From an uncultured Acidimicrobiaceae bacterium (GTDB lineage Bacteria > Actinomycetota > Acidimicrobiia > Acidimicrobiales > RAAP-2): a stretch of 64,000 nt of DNA. The notes beneath the pieces are model-generated. The model ran no database searches. It was not told where the DNA came from and saw only the letters and a list, made by a program, of their open reading frames with translations. The stretch is taken from assembly GCA_963837805.1 (NCBI GenBank), contig CAWIOU010000019.1:26610-90609 (forward strand), written 5' to 3'. Below, piece by piece: positions 20,805-31,643 of the stretch. The first letter of the stretch is position 1, and the number at the start of each line of letters is the position of its first letter. A program made the position numbers and the translations under genes.

Positions 20805-21466
20805 CAGTCGTGCAGCTCGGTGAGTTCGTCGAGGTCGAGGTCGCCGAACTCGGAGCGCAGGCGCTGGGCCAGCACCATGAGGACGACCACCCCCAACAGC
20901 ACGTCGAGGGAGACGCCCATCTCGATCAGGAAGGGAACGCCAGCCGTGCATAGGAAGGCCACCATGGCGATCCCGTTGTCGATCATGAGCAATCCGACCA
21001 TCTGGAAGATGGGCCGGCGCCTGGCGACCAGGACGAAATAGCCGAGGAGGGCGGTGGCCGACACCCACTGGGACCAGCGCACCGGTGGTACTCGCCCACG
21101 AAGTGGGCCACGCCCCGGGCGGCGGCGAAGGCGAGCACGATGAGCACGGCGGAGGCGACCAGCGAGGCAGGGACGTTGACCAGTGGCCTGCGTCTCGCGG
21201 GTGAGGGCCCCGCCGCCGGCTCGCTGCCGAGCAGGACGCGGGATGGCGATGCCCTTGACGGCCAGGACGACGGCCGCGGTGGCGATCAGGCCGGCGTCGC
21301 TCAGGTGGACGCCGAGCACGAGGACCACAAGGCCGAGGGCGACGCCCTGGAGGGCGACGACTCGGATGACCGATCGGACCGAGCTCAGCCACACCACGGT
21401 CACCGCGCAGACCAGCACCGCGCCGACCGCCAGCGTAAGGGTCGAGGTGAACGGCGACCCGTTCAT
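20804..21466 (-). CDS. HyfE/NuoK-like membrane subunit (paired frame changes near 21150-21240)
   Basis: MNGSPFTSTLTLAVGAVLV...IFQMVGLLMIDNGIAMVAFLCTAGVPFLIEMGVSLDVLLGVVVL. The corrected middle reads PLVNVPASLVASAVLIVLAFAA. Confidence 0.75.
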   Translation of the reverse strand: MNGSPFTSTLTLAVGAVLVCAVTVVWLSSVRSVIRVVALQGVALGLVVLVLGVHLSDAGLIATAAVVLAVKGIAIPRPARQRAGGGALTRETQATGQRPCLAGRLRRAHRARLRRRPGRGPLRGRVPPVRWSQWVSATALLGYFVLVARRRPIFQMVGLLMIDNGIAMVAFLCTAGVPFLIEMGVSLDVLLGVVVLMVLAQRLRSEFGDLDLDELTELHD

Positions 21467-22426
21467 GGCACCACCAGGGCCGAGAGGACGGCCAGCACCG
21501 AGAGCACGAAGGCCCCGGCCAACAGTTCGGGGACCCGGAAGAGGCGGAGCTTGGCCACCGTCACCTCGAAGACGGCGAGGCGCGATCCCGAGGGCGGCGA
21601 CCTTGGCCACGGTCGTCGCCAGACCCAGCGGCAGATGGTGGCGACCCGGTGCCGTGGCGATGCCCCAAGGGACGAAGAGATCGGCGAATAGCGCCATCAG
21701 CAGAGCCAGGCGCATCGACTCACCCAGCTTGATGAGCGCCAGATCCGTGCCCGAGTACTCGAGGACCATCGCCTCGTGGATCATGGTCAGCTCCAGATGG
21801 GTGCTCGGATTGTCGACGGGGAGGCGACCGCTCTCGGCCACGATCACGATCACGAATGCCACCAGCGCCAACAGCCGTTCCGGGGTGGCCAGCCACAGGG
21901 GATGGGCGAGGGAGCGGGTGATGATGGCGGGCAGGTTGGAGGAGTGGGCGGGCACCGACAGGGCCAGAATGGCGACCAGCAGGGCCGGCTCGGACAGGGC
22001 CCCGATGGTCATGGCCCGGCTGGCCCCCATGCCTCCGAAGGCGGTCCCCGAGTCGAGGGCCCCGAGGGCCAGGGCGACCGAGCCGAGCAACAGCATGAAG
22101 ACGACGGCGAAGAGGTCGCCAGACCACCCAAAGGCGGGATCGGTGGCGAGCAACGGAGCGATGACGGCCACCACCACGGTGCTGCCGACCAAGACCAACG
22201 GGGCCAGGGGGAAGATCCAACTCGTCTCGTCGGAGGTGGTCCGCTCCCGCCAGGCCAGCTTCCTGAGGTCGTAGAGGGGTTGGCGGACCGGGGGACCGAC
22301 CCGGCCTTCCAGGCGGCAGCGCACTGTGCGCATCAGCCCGACCAACAGCGGTCCCCCGACCAGCACTCCCGCCACCTGGAGCATTGAGACCGCCACCATC
22401 GAAGCGGTCGGCCAGCTCGTCTTCAT
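21463..22426 (-). CDS. HyfC/HycD/NuoH-like membrane subunit (frame change near its 3' end)
   Basis: RLEGRVGPPVRQPLYDLRKL...ESGRLPVDNPSTHLELTMIHEAMVLEYSG. ATGA overlaps at both ends. Confidence 0.8.
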
Positions 22427-24346
22427 CCGACCACCACCAGCACCACGACGAGGGCCACCAGTCCGAAGGCCAGGTAACGGTGCGATACTGCCGTTGGGCA
22501 CCCGCCGGGCCAGGGCCCCCCACCGCCCGAGGCCCACGGAGGCGGGGCGGTAGGCGTGTCGCTCGAAGGCGTCGTCGAGCGAGGTGTGGAATGTAGCGGC
22601 CTCGACGTAGTACCGGGACTCGGCCGCATGGCTCACGTCGAGATCGTGGGCCGGCTGGAGCACGTCCTCGAACACCCGGGTCAGCGGCTCACCGAACGAG
22701 GTGGCCGTGTACTCCATGGCTGCCGTCTGGAGCTCCCGGCCGCACCCCCACGCCTCGGTGCGCCGAACCGGGGTGCGCTGGAGCACCCGTCGAGCCCCGG
22801 CGACCAGGGTGACGGCAACGACCAGCGCCAGAGCCAGGAGGCCGGGGGCGAGCGCACCGTGGACGCTGGCCAGACCCACCTGCCAGCCGCCCAACAGGGG
22901 GTCGGGGATGCGGGACTCGGTGACGCTGCGGGCGGCGCTCGACCACGGCCGGGACGACCAGGAAGGGGGCCACGCCGAACACCAGGCAGAGCGTGGCCAG
23001 GACGCCGGCCCCGAGCCACATCGACGGGCCGACCTCGTGTGCCTCGGCCGCCCCGGTGCTCCGGGGTTGCCCGAGTAGCCCGATGCCGGCGGCCTTGACG
23101 ACCGTGAGGGCGGTCAGCCCACCGGTGAGGGCAAGGGCGCCTACCCCGATGGGCATGGCCACCGCGATGGCGGGATCGGAGGAGGGAAGGCCGTGCAACA
23201 TGGCCTGGAGCAGGAGCCATTCGCTCACGAAGCCGCAGAGCGGCGGGCATGGCGGCCATGGCCAGGCCGCCGACCAGGAAGATGCTGCCCGTCATCGGCA
23301 TGCGCCGCAGGAGCCCTCCGATCCGGTCGAGGTCCCTGGTGCCTGTCGCCTGCTGGAGCGAGCTTGCCGACAAGAACAGCGATCCCTTGAAGACGGCGTG
23401 GAAGACCACGTGCAGGAGGGCGGCGACCAGCGCTAGGAGGGCCAGTGTCCGGTGCCCGGTCGAGGCGAACAGGCCCGAGGCGCCGACCCCGAGCAGCATC
23501 AGCCCCACGTTGTCGGTGGTCGAATAGGCCAGCAGCCGCTTCAGGTCGCTGCTGGTCGCCGAGTGCAGGGATCCGAACAGGGCCGACAGCGCGCCGAGGG
23601 TCATGACCAGAAGCCACCACCATGTCGGTCCCCCGCCGAGCAGCCCGTCGCCGACCCGGACGATGCCGTAGATCCCGAGGTTGACCATGGCCGCCGACAT
23701 CAGGGCGGACACCGGACCCGGGGCTTCGGGGTGGGCCCGGGGCAGCCACACGTGAAGAGGCGCCATGCCGGCCTTCGAGCCGAAGCCGACCACCGCCAGC
23801 ACGAAGGCGCTGCCCCGCACCCAGGCGGGCAGGTGCGCCGACCTGGCGGCAATGGCGGCGAACGACTGGCTCGCCGCGTGGGCGGCCAGGAGGACCAGGC
23901 CGACCAGCAGGGCGGCGGCGCCGAACTGGGTCATCACCGCGTACCACTGGCCGGCCGAGCCCACCTCCGAGCGCCGCCGATGATCGACGAGGACGAGCAG
24001 GAGCGAGGTGACGGCCATCAACTCCCACAGGAACAGGAATGTGGTCACGTTCGACGCCGCCGGGACCAGCAACAGGGTGGTGACGAACAGCGGGAGGAGG
24101 CACGACGCTGTCCGGCTGGAAAGGCCATGACCGTGGTAACCGAGGCGGAAGACCATGGCGCAGATCCCGACGACGGCGCTGACGGCGACGAACATCGCAC
24201 CGAAGCGGTCGAGGCACCATCAAGAGACCGCTGAAGGGCAGCAACGTTGCAGTGTGCACGACGGCCACGTCTCCGGTGTGGAGCACCGCGGTGGCCATGA
24301 CCAATCCACAGGCGCAGGGAGCGATGGTGAGCGCGACCGCAGACAT
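22423..24346 (-). CDS. HyfB/NuoL-like membrane subunit (frame changes)
   Basis: GSKAGMAPLHVWLPRAHPEAPGPVSALMSAAMVNLGIYG. The C-terminal block EAWGCGRELQTAAMEYTATSFGEPL is typical of HyfB. Confidence 0.8.
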
Positions 24347-24431
24347 GCATCCTGATCCTCGGTGGCGCCATCGCCCCGACAGCAGAGGCGGACAGTCCGA
24401 CCAGCGCGGTCGAGGACGAGCAGGTCGGACG

Positions 24432-24920
24432 TCATGTACCGGCCAGGCCCCGTAGCGCGGTGATGATCGTCTGGGGGTCCGGGGGGCAGCCGGGAATCTC
24501 GAGGTCGACCGGCACCACGTCGGCCACTGCTCCTTCGACGCCGTAGGCGTCGCGGAACACCCCGCAGTTGCGGGCGCAGTCGCCGAGCGCCACCACCACC
24601 CGCGGTCGGGGCACGGCCTCGAAGGTCTTGCGCAGGGGGTCGGCCATGTTGCGGGTGACCGGCCCGGTGACGAGCAGGCCGTCGGCGTGCCGGGGTGACG
24701 CCTCGAGCCGCATCCCGAAACGCTCGGCGTCGTAGACCGGAGAGAAGATCGAGGCGATCTCTAGCTCACAGCCGTTGCACGACCCGGCGTCCACGTGGCG
24801 GAGCTGCAAGGAGCCCCGGTTGCGTCGGGCCGCCTCCTGGATCGGCGGCGCCCCGGGGTCGGCCGGAGGCAGGGCGACAGGCCTGGCCCGCAATCGTCGG
24901 ACCAGCCCAGTTAGTCGCAT
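24432..24920 (-). CDS. NuoB/HycG-like small subunit with [4Fe-4S] cysteines retained
   Basis: GSCNGCELE...ALGDCARNCG...IPGCPP. The likely start is the ATG at 24920 (MRLTGLV). First gene of the operon. Confidence 0.85.
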   Translation of the reverse strand: MRLTGLVRRLRARPVALPPADPGAPPIQEAARRNRGSLQLRHVDAGSCNGCELEIASIFSPVYDAERFGMRLEASPRHADGLLVTGPVTRNMADPLRKTFEAVPRPRVVVALGDCARNCGVFRDAYGVEGAVADVVPVDLEIPGCPPDPQTIITALRGLAGT

Positions 24921-24962
24921 GATTGACAGATATATCAATCAATGATTATGTGAGTTGTCAAA
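24921..24962. promoter_or_regulatory. AT-rich divergent promoter/operator region between the hydrogenase-like operon and pckG
   Basis: TTGACA at 24923-24928 (plus strand) and TTGACA on the minus strand at 24961-24956. Imperfect palindrome ATTGACAGATATATCAAT. This is by eye the most AT-rich stretch I noticed in the window. Confidence 0.45.
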
Positions 24963-25071
24963 TCACCACACTCTGCGACGGATTCATGCCTGCCGGCGGG
25001 TGCCGGTAATGGCCGCAGCACGGACGGCCCCAGAACTGTGGCTGAGGCACATCGCAAGAAGGAGGCAGCAA

Positions 25072-26878
25072 GTGAGCACGACGGCGACAACGCCCACAAG
25101 GAACAAATCGCTCCTGGAATGGGTCGAGGAGTGGACGGCCATCCTCACCCCCGCTGGCGTGGAGTGGTGCGACGGGTCCGACGCCCAGTACGAGGCGCAG
25201 TGCCGGCGCCTGGTGGAGTCGGGCACGTTCATCCCGCTCAACCCCGAGTTGCGGCCGGACAGCTTCCTCTGCCGGTCCGACCCGGGCGATGTCGCCCGGG
25301 TGGAGGACCGGACCTTCATCTGTTGCGGGAAGCCTGAGGACGCCGGTCCCACCAACAACTGGATCGAGCCGGTGGTCATCCGCGCCGAGCTGCTCGACCT
25401 GTATCGGGGAGCGATGCGAGGTCGGACCCTCTATGTCATCCCGTTCTCGATGGGGCCGCTCGGCAGCCCTATCGCCCATATCGGCGTGCAGCTGACCGAC
25501 TCGGCCTACGTCGCCGCCTCGATGCGCATCATGACTCGTATGGGCACCGCCGCCCTTGATGTGCTCGGGGAGACCGGCGAGTTCGTGCGGTGCCTGCATT
25601 CGGTCGGACACCCTCTCGCCCCGGGCGAAGCGGATGTTCCTTGGCCCTGCGATCCCGATCGGAAGTACATCGTCCACTTCCCCGAGACTCGGGAGATCTG
25701 GTCGTACGGCTCCGGCTACGGAGGGAACGCGCTCCTGGGCAAAAAGTGCTTCGCCCTGCGCATCGCCTCGACCATGGCCCGGGACGAGGGTTGGCTGGCC
25801 GAACACATGCTCATCCTCAAGCTGACCAATCCACGAGGCGAGAGCCGTTTCATCGCGGCCGCCTTCCCGAGCGCTTGCGGCAAGACCAACCTGGCCATGG
25901 TGGTTCCCACTATCCCCGGATGGAAGGCCGAGACCATCGGTGACGATATCTGCTGGATGAAGTTCGATGCCGAGGGCCACCTCCGGGCCATCAACCCGGA
26001 GTTCGGGATGTTCGGCGTGGCGCCAGGCACGGGGATGAGACCAATCCCATCGCCATACGGGCGCTCGCTGGCGGCACCATCTTCACCAACGTCGCCTTGA
26101 CCGACGACGGTGACGTCTGGTGGGAGGGCCTCACCCCCGAACCACCGGACCACCTCACGGACTGGCGCGGGGACGACTGGACGCCAACGAGCACGAGCCC
26201 GGCCGCTCATCCCAACAGTCGTTTCACAACCCCGCTCTCCCAGGTCCCGACCATGGCGCCCGAATGGGAGGACCCGAACGGCGTGCCCATTTCGGCCATT
26301 CTGTTCGGCGGTCGCCGGGAATCGGTCGTCCCCCTGGTCACCGAATCGTTCGACTGGGCCCACGGGGTGTTCCTCGGGTCGATCATGGCGAGTGAAACGA
26401 CAGCCGCCGCGGCCGGTGCCACCGGGCGCCTGCGCCGCGATCCCTTTGCCATGCTCCCTTTCTGTGGGTACAACATGGCTGACTACTTCGCCCACTGGCT
26501 CCGCATCGGAGAGATGGCACCGAACCCGGAACTGCTCCCAAGCTCTTCTACGTGAACTGGTTCCGGAAGGACGCTGAAGGTCGTTTTATCTGGCCAGGCT
26601 ATGGCGACAACGCCCGGGTTCTGGCTTGGATCTTCGATCGGTGCGAGGGGACGGTCGATGCCACCGACACGCCGATCGGATTGCTACCCGAACGGGACGA
26701 CCTGAATATCGACGGACTGGAGATCGATCCGAGCGCCCTCGCAGAGCTGCTCGTCGGCGAGGCTTCCGCCTGGCGCAACGAGGTACCACTCATCGAAGCG
26801 CACTTTGCCCAATTTGGTGAGCGACTTCCTGACGAATTACGCCATCAGCTCACGACCCTGGAACAACGGCTCGGCTAA
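25072..26878 (+). CDS. pckG: phosphoenolpyruvate carboxykinase (GTP) (at least 2 frame changes, near 26041 and 26550)
   Basis: GTG at 25072 follows AAGAAGGAGG. Motifs: [42 protein letters not shown]. The gene continues in ORFs 26097.. and 26552.. Confidence 0.9.
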
Positions 26879-27122
26879 TCACAGTTGAATAGCGCGTCGA
26901 GTGCATCGGCACAACGAGAGCGTCGCATGCGATGAGTTGAAGCATCGTCAACGCGTCGCTGTGTCCGAGCCGAGCCTGCGCCTTAATCAGTTTGACCTCG
27001 TCAACAAGATGTGTGGGCACCCGTGTCGCAATCGGTGCACTGCCAGGTTTGAGACACCAACAAATCCGGTAGTTGCCGAAAATGACTGGTATCAACAGGA
27101 GAGCGGGTAAACGCTCGAGTTA

Positions 27123-27136
27123 GGGTCCAAAGACCC
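27123..27136. promoter_or_regulatory. GGGTCCAAAGACCC palindrome upstream of the amidohydrolase
   Basis: Perfect AGGGTC/GACCCT arms with a CAAA spacer, 90 nt upstream of 27226. TCCAAAGA recurs at about 27183. Confidence 0.3.
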
Positions 27137-27225
27137 TGTCCACGGTCCGCCCCAGACGTCACAGTATTCAAAGGGCGTTGGTGTCCAAAGAAGCATTGTG
27201 ACCGCAGGCGAGAGGAGTCGGCACC

Positions 27226-28446
27226 GTGGAGTTCACCCCGTACAGCCCCGACATGGAGTTCACCGACATCGGGCACCCGGTCTTTGATTGCGACTTCCAC
27301 TTCTACGAAACCGCCGAGTCCTTCACCCGCTACCTGCCCAAGGAGTACTCGGGGCTGTTGCGTCTGGCGAACATCGACGGGCGCACGAAGATGATCGTCC
27401 GGGGCCGGGTGTCCAATTACATCCCCAATCCTACGTTCGAGGTCGTGGCCGCACCGGGCTCGGGCTTCGAGTACTTCTCTGGCCGCAACGTGGAGGGCAA
27501 GAGTTTCCGCGAGATCGTGAAGCCCATGCGGGCCATCCCCGAATTCACCGACCGCGACGCACGGATGGCACTCATCGACCGTATGCACATCCAGGCGATC
27601 GTGAATTTTCCCACCCTCGCCTCGACGATCGAGGTCAACTTCATGGACGACCCGGTCGCCACCCAGATCTTGATTCACGCCTTCAACGAGTGGATGTACG
27701 ACGACTGGGGCTTCGACTTCGGCGGTCGTATTTACTCCACCCCGGTCATGAACCTGGCCACCGCCGAAGGAGCGGTGAGTGAGCTCGAGTGGGCACTCGA
27801 GCGTGGTGCCAAGACTGTACTCGTCCGCCCGGCGCCCGTGGCTGGGTATCGGGGGTCGAAGTCGCCGTTCCTTCCCGAGCTCGATCCCTTCTGGGCCCGG
27901 GTCCAGGAATCCGGCATCCCGGTCATGTTCCACGCCTCGGACTCCGGTTACGCGAAGTACTCGAACGACTGGACCGGCGCGGACCGTGAGATGCGTCCGT
28001 TCGAGTACAACCTGTTCGAGTCGATGTCCCAGACCCACCGGCCGATCATGGACACAGTCTTTTCGGCCGTCGGTCACGGGATGCTGTCGCGGTTCCCGAA
28101 CGTGCGGATCGCCACCATTGAGTGCGGCAGTGCATGGATCACTCCGGTGGTAGATACGATGAAGATCCAGTATGGGAAGACACCGCAGCTATTCGCCGAG
28201 CATCCCCTCGACGTGCTCAAGCGGTCGCTCTACATCGCCCCGTACTGGGAGGACCCGCTCGAGCCGCTCGCCGACGCGATCGGGTTCGATCACATCCTCT
28301 TCAACTCGGACTGGCCCCATCCCGAAGGGATCGCCGATCCGAACGAGTACGCCGTGTACATCCGTGATGAGCTGGGCTTGCCCGACGCCGACGTCGCCAA
28401 GGTGATGGGTGAGAACATGTTCGCCCTCATGGGCGTAGCCGCCTGA
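27226..28446 (+). CDS. amidohydrolase-2 family (PF04909-like) metal-dependent hydrolase
   Basis: Intact 406-aa ORF. The VFDCDFHFYE N-terminal metal motif and FNSDWPHPEG near the C-terminus are typical of this family. Confidence 0.75.
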   Translation: MEFTPYSPDMEFTDIGHPVFDCDFHFYETAESFTRYLPKEYSGLLRLANIDGRTKMIVRGRVSNYIPNPTFEVVAAPGSGFEYFSGRNVEGKSFREIVKPMRAIPEFTDRDARMALIDRMHIQAIVNFPTLASTIEVNFMDDPVATQILIHAFNEWMYDDWGFDFGGRIYSTPVMNLATAEGAVSELEWALERGAKTVLVRPAPVAGYRGSKSPFLPELDPFWARVQESGIPVMFHASDSGYAKYSNDWTGADREMRPFEYNLFESMSQTHRPIMDTVFSAVGHGMLSRFPNVRIATIECGSAWITPVVDTMKIQYGKTPQLFAEHPLDVLKRSLYIAPYWEDPLEPLADAIGFDHILFNSDWPHPEGIADPNEYAVYIRDELGLPDADVAKVMGENMFALMGVAA

Positions 28447-28982
28447 GGTACTCGGAGCGAAGGGCCCTTGTCCACCGGGCCCGATTCCCTGACTGAAATT
28501 CTGTGATGACACCCTCGCCAACTCTGGAGGAAGGCAATCCATCGAACTGGTAGGCCCTGCAAGTGTCTAGCGTGAAGCGCCGCCGCCGCGCCCCGTCAAT
28601 GATTCTTTTCGAACCCCTACACTCAGAAATCACTTTCCGAGGAAGAGATCCTCATCCTCACGGAATGTGAAATGGGGCCCGGTCTCCAAAATCTTCAACA
28701 CCCAACGCACCCGATCGGACTGGCCCGCTTGCCCTCTCTTGACGATCATCCGTTCATCGGTCCTTGCGCCCATGATGACCCCCTTCGTCGGTTCTTCAAC
28801 TACTTAGATGGTGAGCCTGAAATCGTCCATTCCGAAGGGCCAAAAGTCACATCCTGCCCCGACAAAAGATCGAGATCCCGACATGGGGCCTTTGGTCCTC
28901 CTATTTGCGGAGGCCCCCTCCGCTCACAATCTTTGTAATCGGGGGTCAGTGTCGCTCGGCAAGGGTGGTGCATAGTTCAGCA

Positions 28983-29808
28983 ATGGTCGAAATTGGCGAT
29001 GACACCCCAGACCTGGTGGGTTCCACCCGTGACCCTGCTTTCCTTCGATCGGTCCGACCGCTTCTCCAGCTGTACGCGGCGTATTTCCGGTCGGAGGTGA
29101 GGGTTCGATCGCCTCCCAGAACGCGGGCCTTTCCTCGTGGTTGGCAACCATTCGGGAGGTCAGATGCCACCTGACATCCCTGTCCTCTTGACTGCATCGT
29201 GGCGCGAACGAGGTGAAGACGAACCCATCTATGCCCTTTTCCATCAGTTCTTGCTTGGGATCCCCGGCGTAGGCCGCTTGTTGAGGCGTGCCGGCGCAAT
29301 CGATGCCGGGCCAATCGCACGCGGAGGCGATCCTCCGCGGCAATGGGATCCTCATCGACTATCCCGGCGGCGACTATGAGGTCTTCCGACCCTGGTGGCA
29401 ACGCAACCGCATCGAATTGGGGGGCGCCTCGGCTTCATCCGACTTGCCCTGCGCACACAGGTTCCGATCATTCCCGCCGTCTCCGTGGGCTCCCACGAGA
29501 CGCTCGTAGTGCTCAGTCGAGGAGAGGGCGTGGCCAATCACCTCGGAATCGACCGGTTGTTCCGCATAAAGGTCATGCCGCTTGTCTTCGGGCCGCCTTT
29601 CGGGATCGTTCCGGGCGGGATCCCGACATGGCCACTTCCTGCAAAGATCACCGTAGAGCTGGGCGAACCGATTCACTGGCCTGAACACGGCGCTAATGCT
29701 GCTCACGACGATGCGATCGTACGTAAGTGCTACGACGAGGTAACCGCGGCCATGCAGGCCACACTTGACTGCCTCGCGGCAGAGCGCCGCTTTCCGATCC
29801 TTGGATAG
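28983..29808 (+). CDS. PlsC-like lysophospholipid acyltransferase, paralog 1 (several frame changes)
   Basis: Pieces in 4 ORFs parallel the intact paralog 51348..52295: LQLYAAYFRSEVR, VGNHSGG, ILIDYPGGDYEVFRPWWQRN, GFIRLALRTQVPIIPAVSVGSHETLVVLSRGE. Confidence 0.65.
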
Positions 29809-29909
29809 CCGGATGCAGATGCGTCGGCGTGATCCAGCAGACGCCACTGGTCCAGATTGACCTGTTTCTTCGCCCACGGAATGCCGATCCGGACGACGGG
29901 TATCGTCCC

Positions 29910-31527
29910 TCAGTCGTTCCGGTTGTCGTCCGCGCCCGCCGACTCGGCGACCGATCGCGCCCAGGGGTAGTCTGGTTTGCCGGTCGGTGATCGCAGGATC
30001 TCGTTGACGACGATGACTACCTTCGGCACCTTGTATCCGGTCAACTGGCTGCGCTCGTAGCGTCGTAGCGCTTCGGTGTCGATTCGGCATCCGGGGCTGG
30101 GCTGCACCAATGCAACGACTTGCTCGCCGAAGCGGTTGTCGGGCATGCCGACCACGATTGCGTCGCGGATATCCGGGTGGCCCTTCAAGACCGCCTCCAC
30201 CTCGTCGGGAAAGACCTTTTCACCCCCCGTATTGATGCACAATGACCCGCGCCCCAGCACGGTGATGGTCCCGTCACTCAGTACTGACGCCAAATCTCCG
30301 GGTAGCGCCCAGCGCTGCCCACCCAGCTCAACGAAAGTCGCTGCCGACTTGGCTGCATCACCGAGGTAGCCGATGGGAACGTGGCCCCCCCTTGGCCAGG
30401 CGCCCGATAGCTCCAGAGCCAGGCCGGACCGGGTGGAGATCGTCATCGAACACGTCAGTCCGGTCGTCCACATGGAGTCGAGGCGGCCCGAATGGATCCC
30501 CAGGCGGCGTCTCGCCGCCAACCTGTCCCGTTTCCGAAGCACCGAATCGATCGGCCACGACTCGGCCGGGCAGAAGCCGGCTCAGCTGGGCCTTTGTGGA
30601 CGGCGACAGCAAGGCACCGCCTGAGCCCACGGCCATGAGCGAGGAGAGGTCGTAGCGGCCCGGTTCGGCCGCCAGCACGTCGAGAAGTGGGCGGGCCATA
30701 GCATCGCCAACGACAGCGATCACGTTGACCGATTCGGATTCTACGAGTTGCCACACCTCCGAAGGATCGAAGATGCCTCTCTCGAGGGTGACGATTTCTC
30801 CTCCGCCGAACAGAGTGGAGAACGCCAACCAGTGACCGGCCGAATGAATGAACGGCGGAATGGCAAGAGCGGTCATGCCGGGACGCAGGATCCGTTCAGC
30901 AAGCTCACCGGGAGTAGCAATGTAATTTCCCAGAGACAGGAGGTCACCACCGCCCATGGCCGCGAAGAAGATATCGTCGTGCCGCCAGAGAACCCCCTTT
31001 GGCATTCCCGTCGTTCCTCCGGTGTAGACGCAGTACAGATCATCGGACCGCCGCGGAGGGAAGTCACGCGTGCCCGGGGCCGACTCCAGTGCCGCCTCGT
31101 AGTGACAGGCGATGTCCGAGGGGTCGCTGCCGTCAAGAACCTCCAGCATTCCGCGTGTGTCTTGCATGGCACCGAGTGCGCCGGTCACCGCTGGGGCGAA
31201 TCGACTGTGGAAGATCAGACCCGCAAGTGCCGCATCCCGGTAGATGTATTTCAGTTCACTCGATATGTAGCGATAGTTCACGTTGATCGGCACGGCACGG
31301 ATCTTGAAGCAGGCCAGCATGACCTCGATGTACTCGGTTCCATTGACCAGCTGGATGCCGATGTGATCTCCAGGACCAATGCCGACACCCTCGAAATAGT
31401 GGGCAAGACGATTGGATCGTCGGTCCAAATCGAGGTACGTGAGTCGTCGCGCGCCAGACACCATGGCGGTCTCGGCCCCCACCTGATCAACCACGCTCTC
31501 AAAGAGATCGGCAAGATTGAACTCCAC
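29910..31527 (-). CDS. acyl-CoA synthetase (AMP-forming), frame change near 30390
   Basis: YTGGTTGMPKGV, GASETG and GGEKVFPDEVE motifs. ORFs 30358..31527 and 29910..30542 tile one protein. Confidence 0.85.
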
Positions 31528-31643
31528 GACCCTCCTCTGTTACCGATTGGCCATTCCAGACGGCCTTCAACGTGAGTACAGGAGGTAGTATCTCAGGTGG
31601 CGAGCCCGCCGGAGCGTGTGCGCCGCAGTGAGGAAGGACACCC

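Noticed and set aside
20804-22894. 696-aa minus-strand ORF as a single protein
   Set aside because: It is a read-through concatenation of the HyfB C-terminus, HyfC and HyfE, which happen to share a frame. Internal ATGA start/stop overlaps become visible once local frame changes are corrected.
17814-24920. Calling the operon a functional [NiFe] formate hydrogenlyase/hydrogenase-4
   Set aside because: The large subunit lacks both CxxC NiFe-ligand motifs (ERISGDTAVGH and SFNLSYAGNDL). No hyp, hycI or HycF-like genes are in the window. I annotated it as hydrogenase-like instead.
28630-28884. Two short minus-strand ORFs (26 aa after AGGAGG; 47 aa MGARTDERMIVKRG...) in the AT-richer spacer after the amidohydrolase gene
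   Set aside because: They are too short, I recognise no homology, and the SD spacing is suboptimal for the first one. They could be real small proteins, but I cannot support that from sequence alone.
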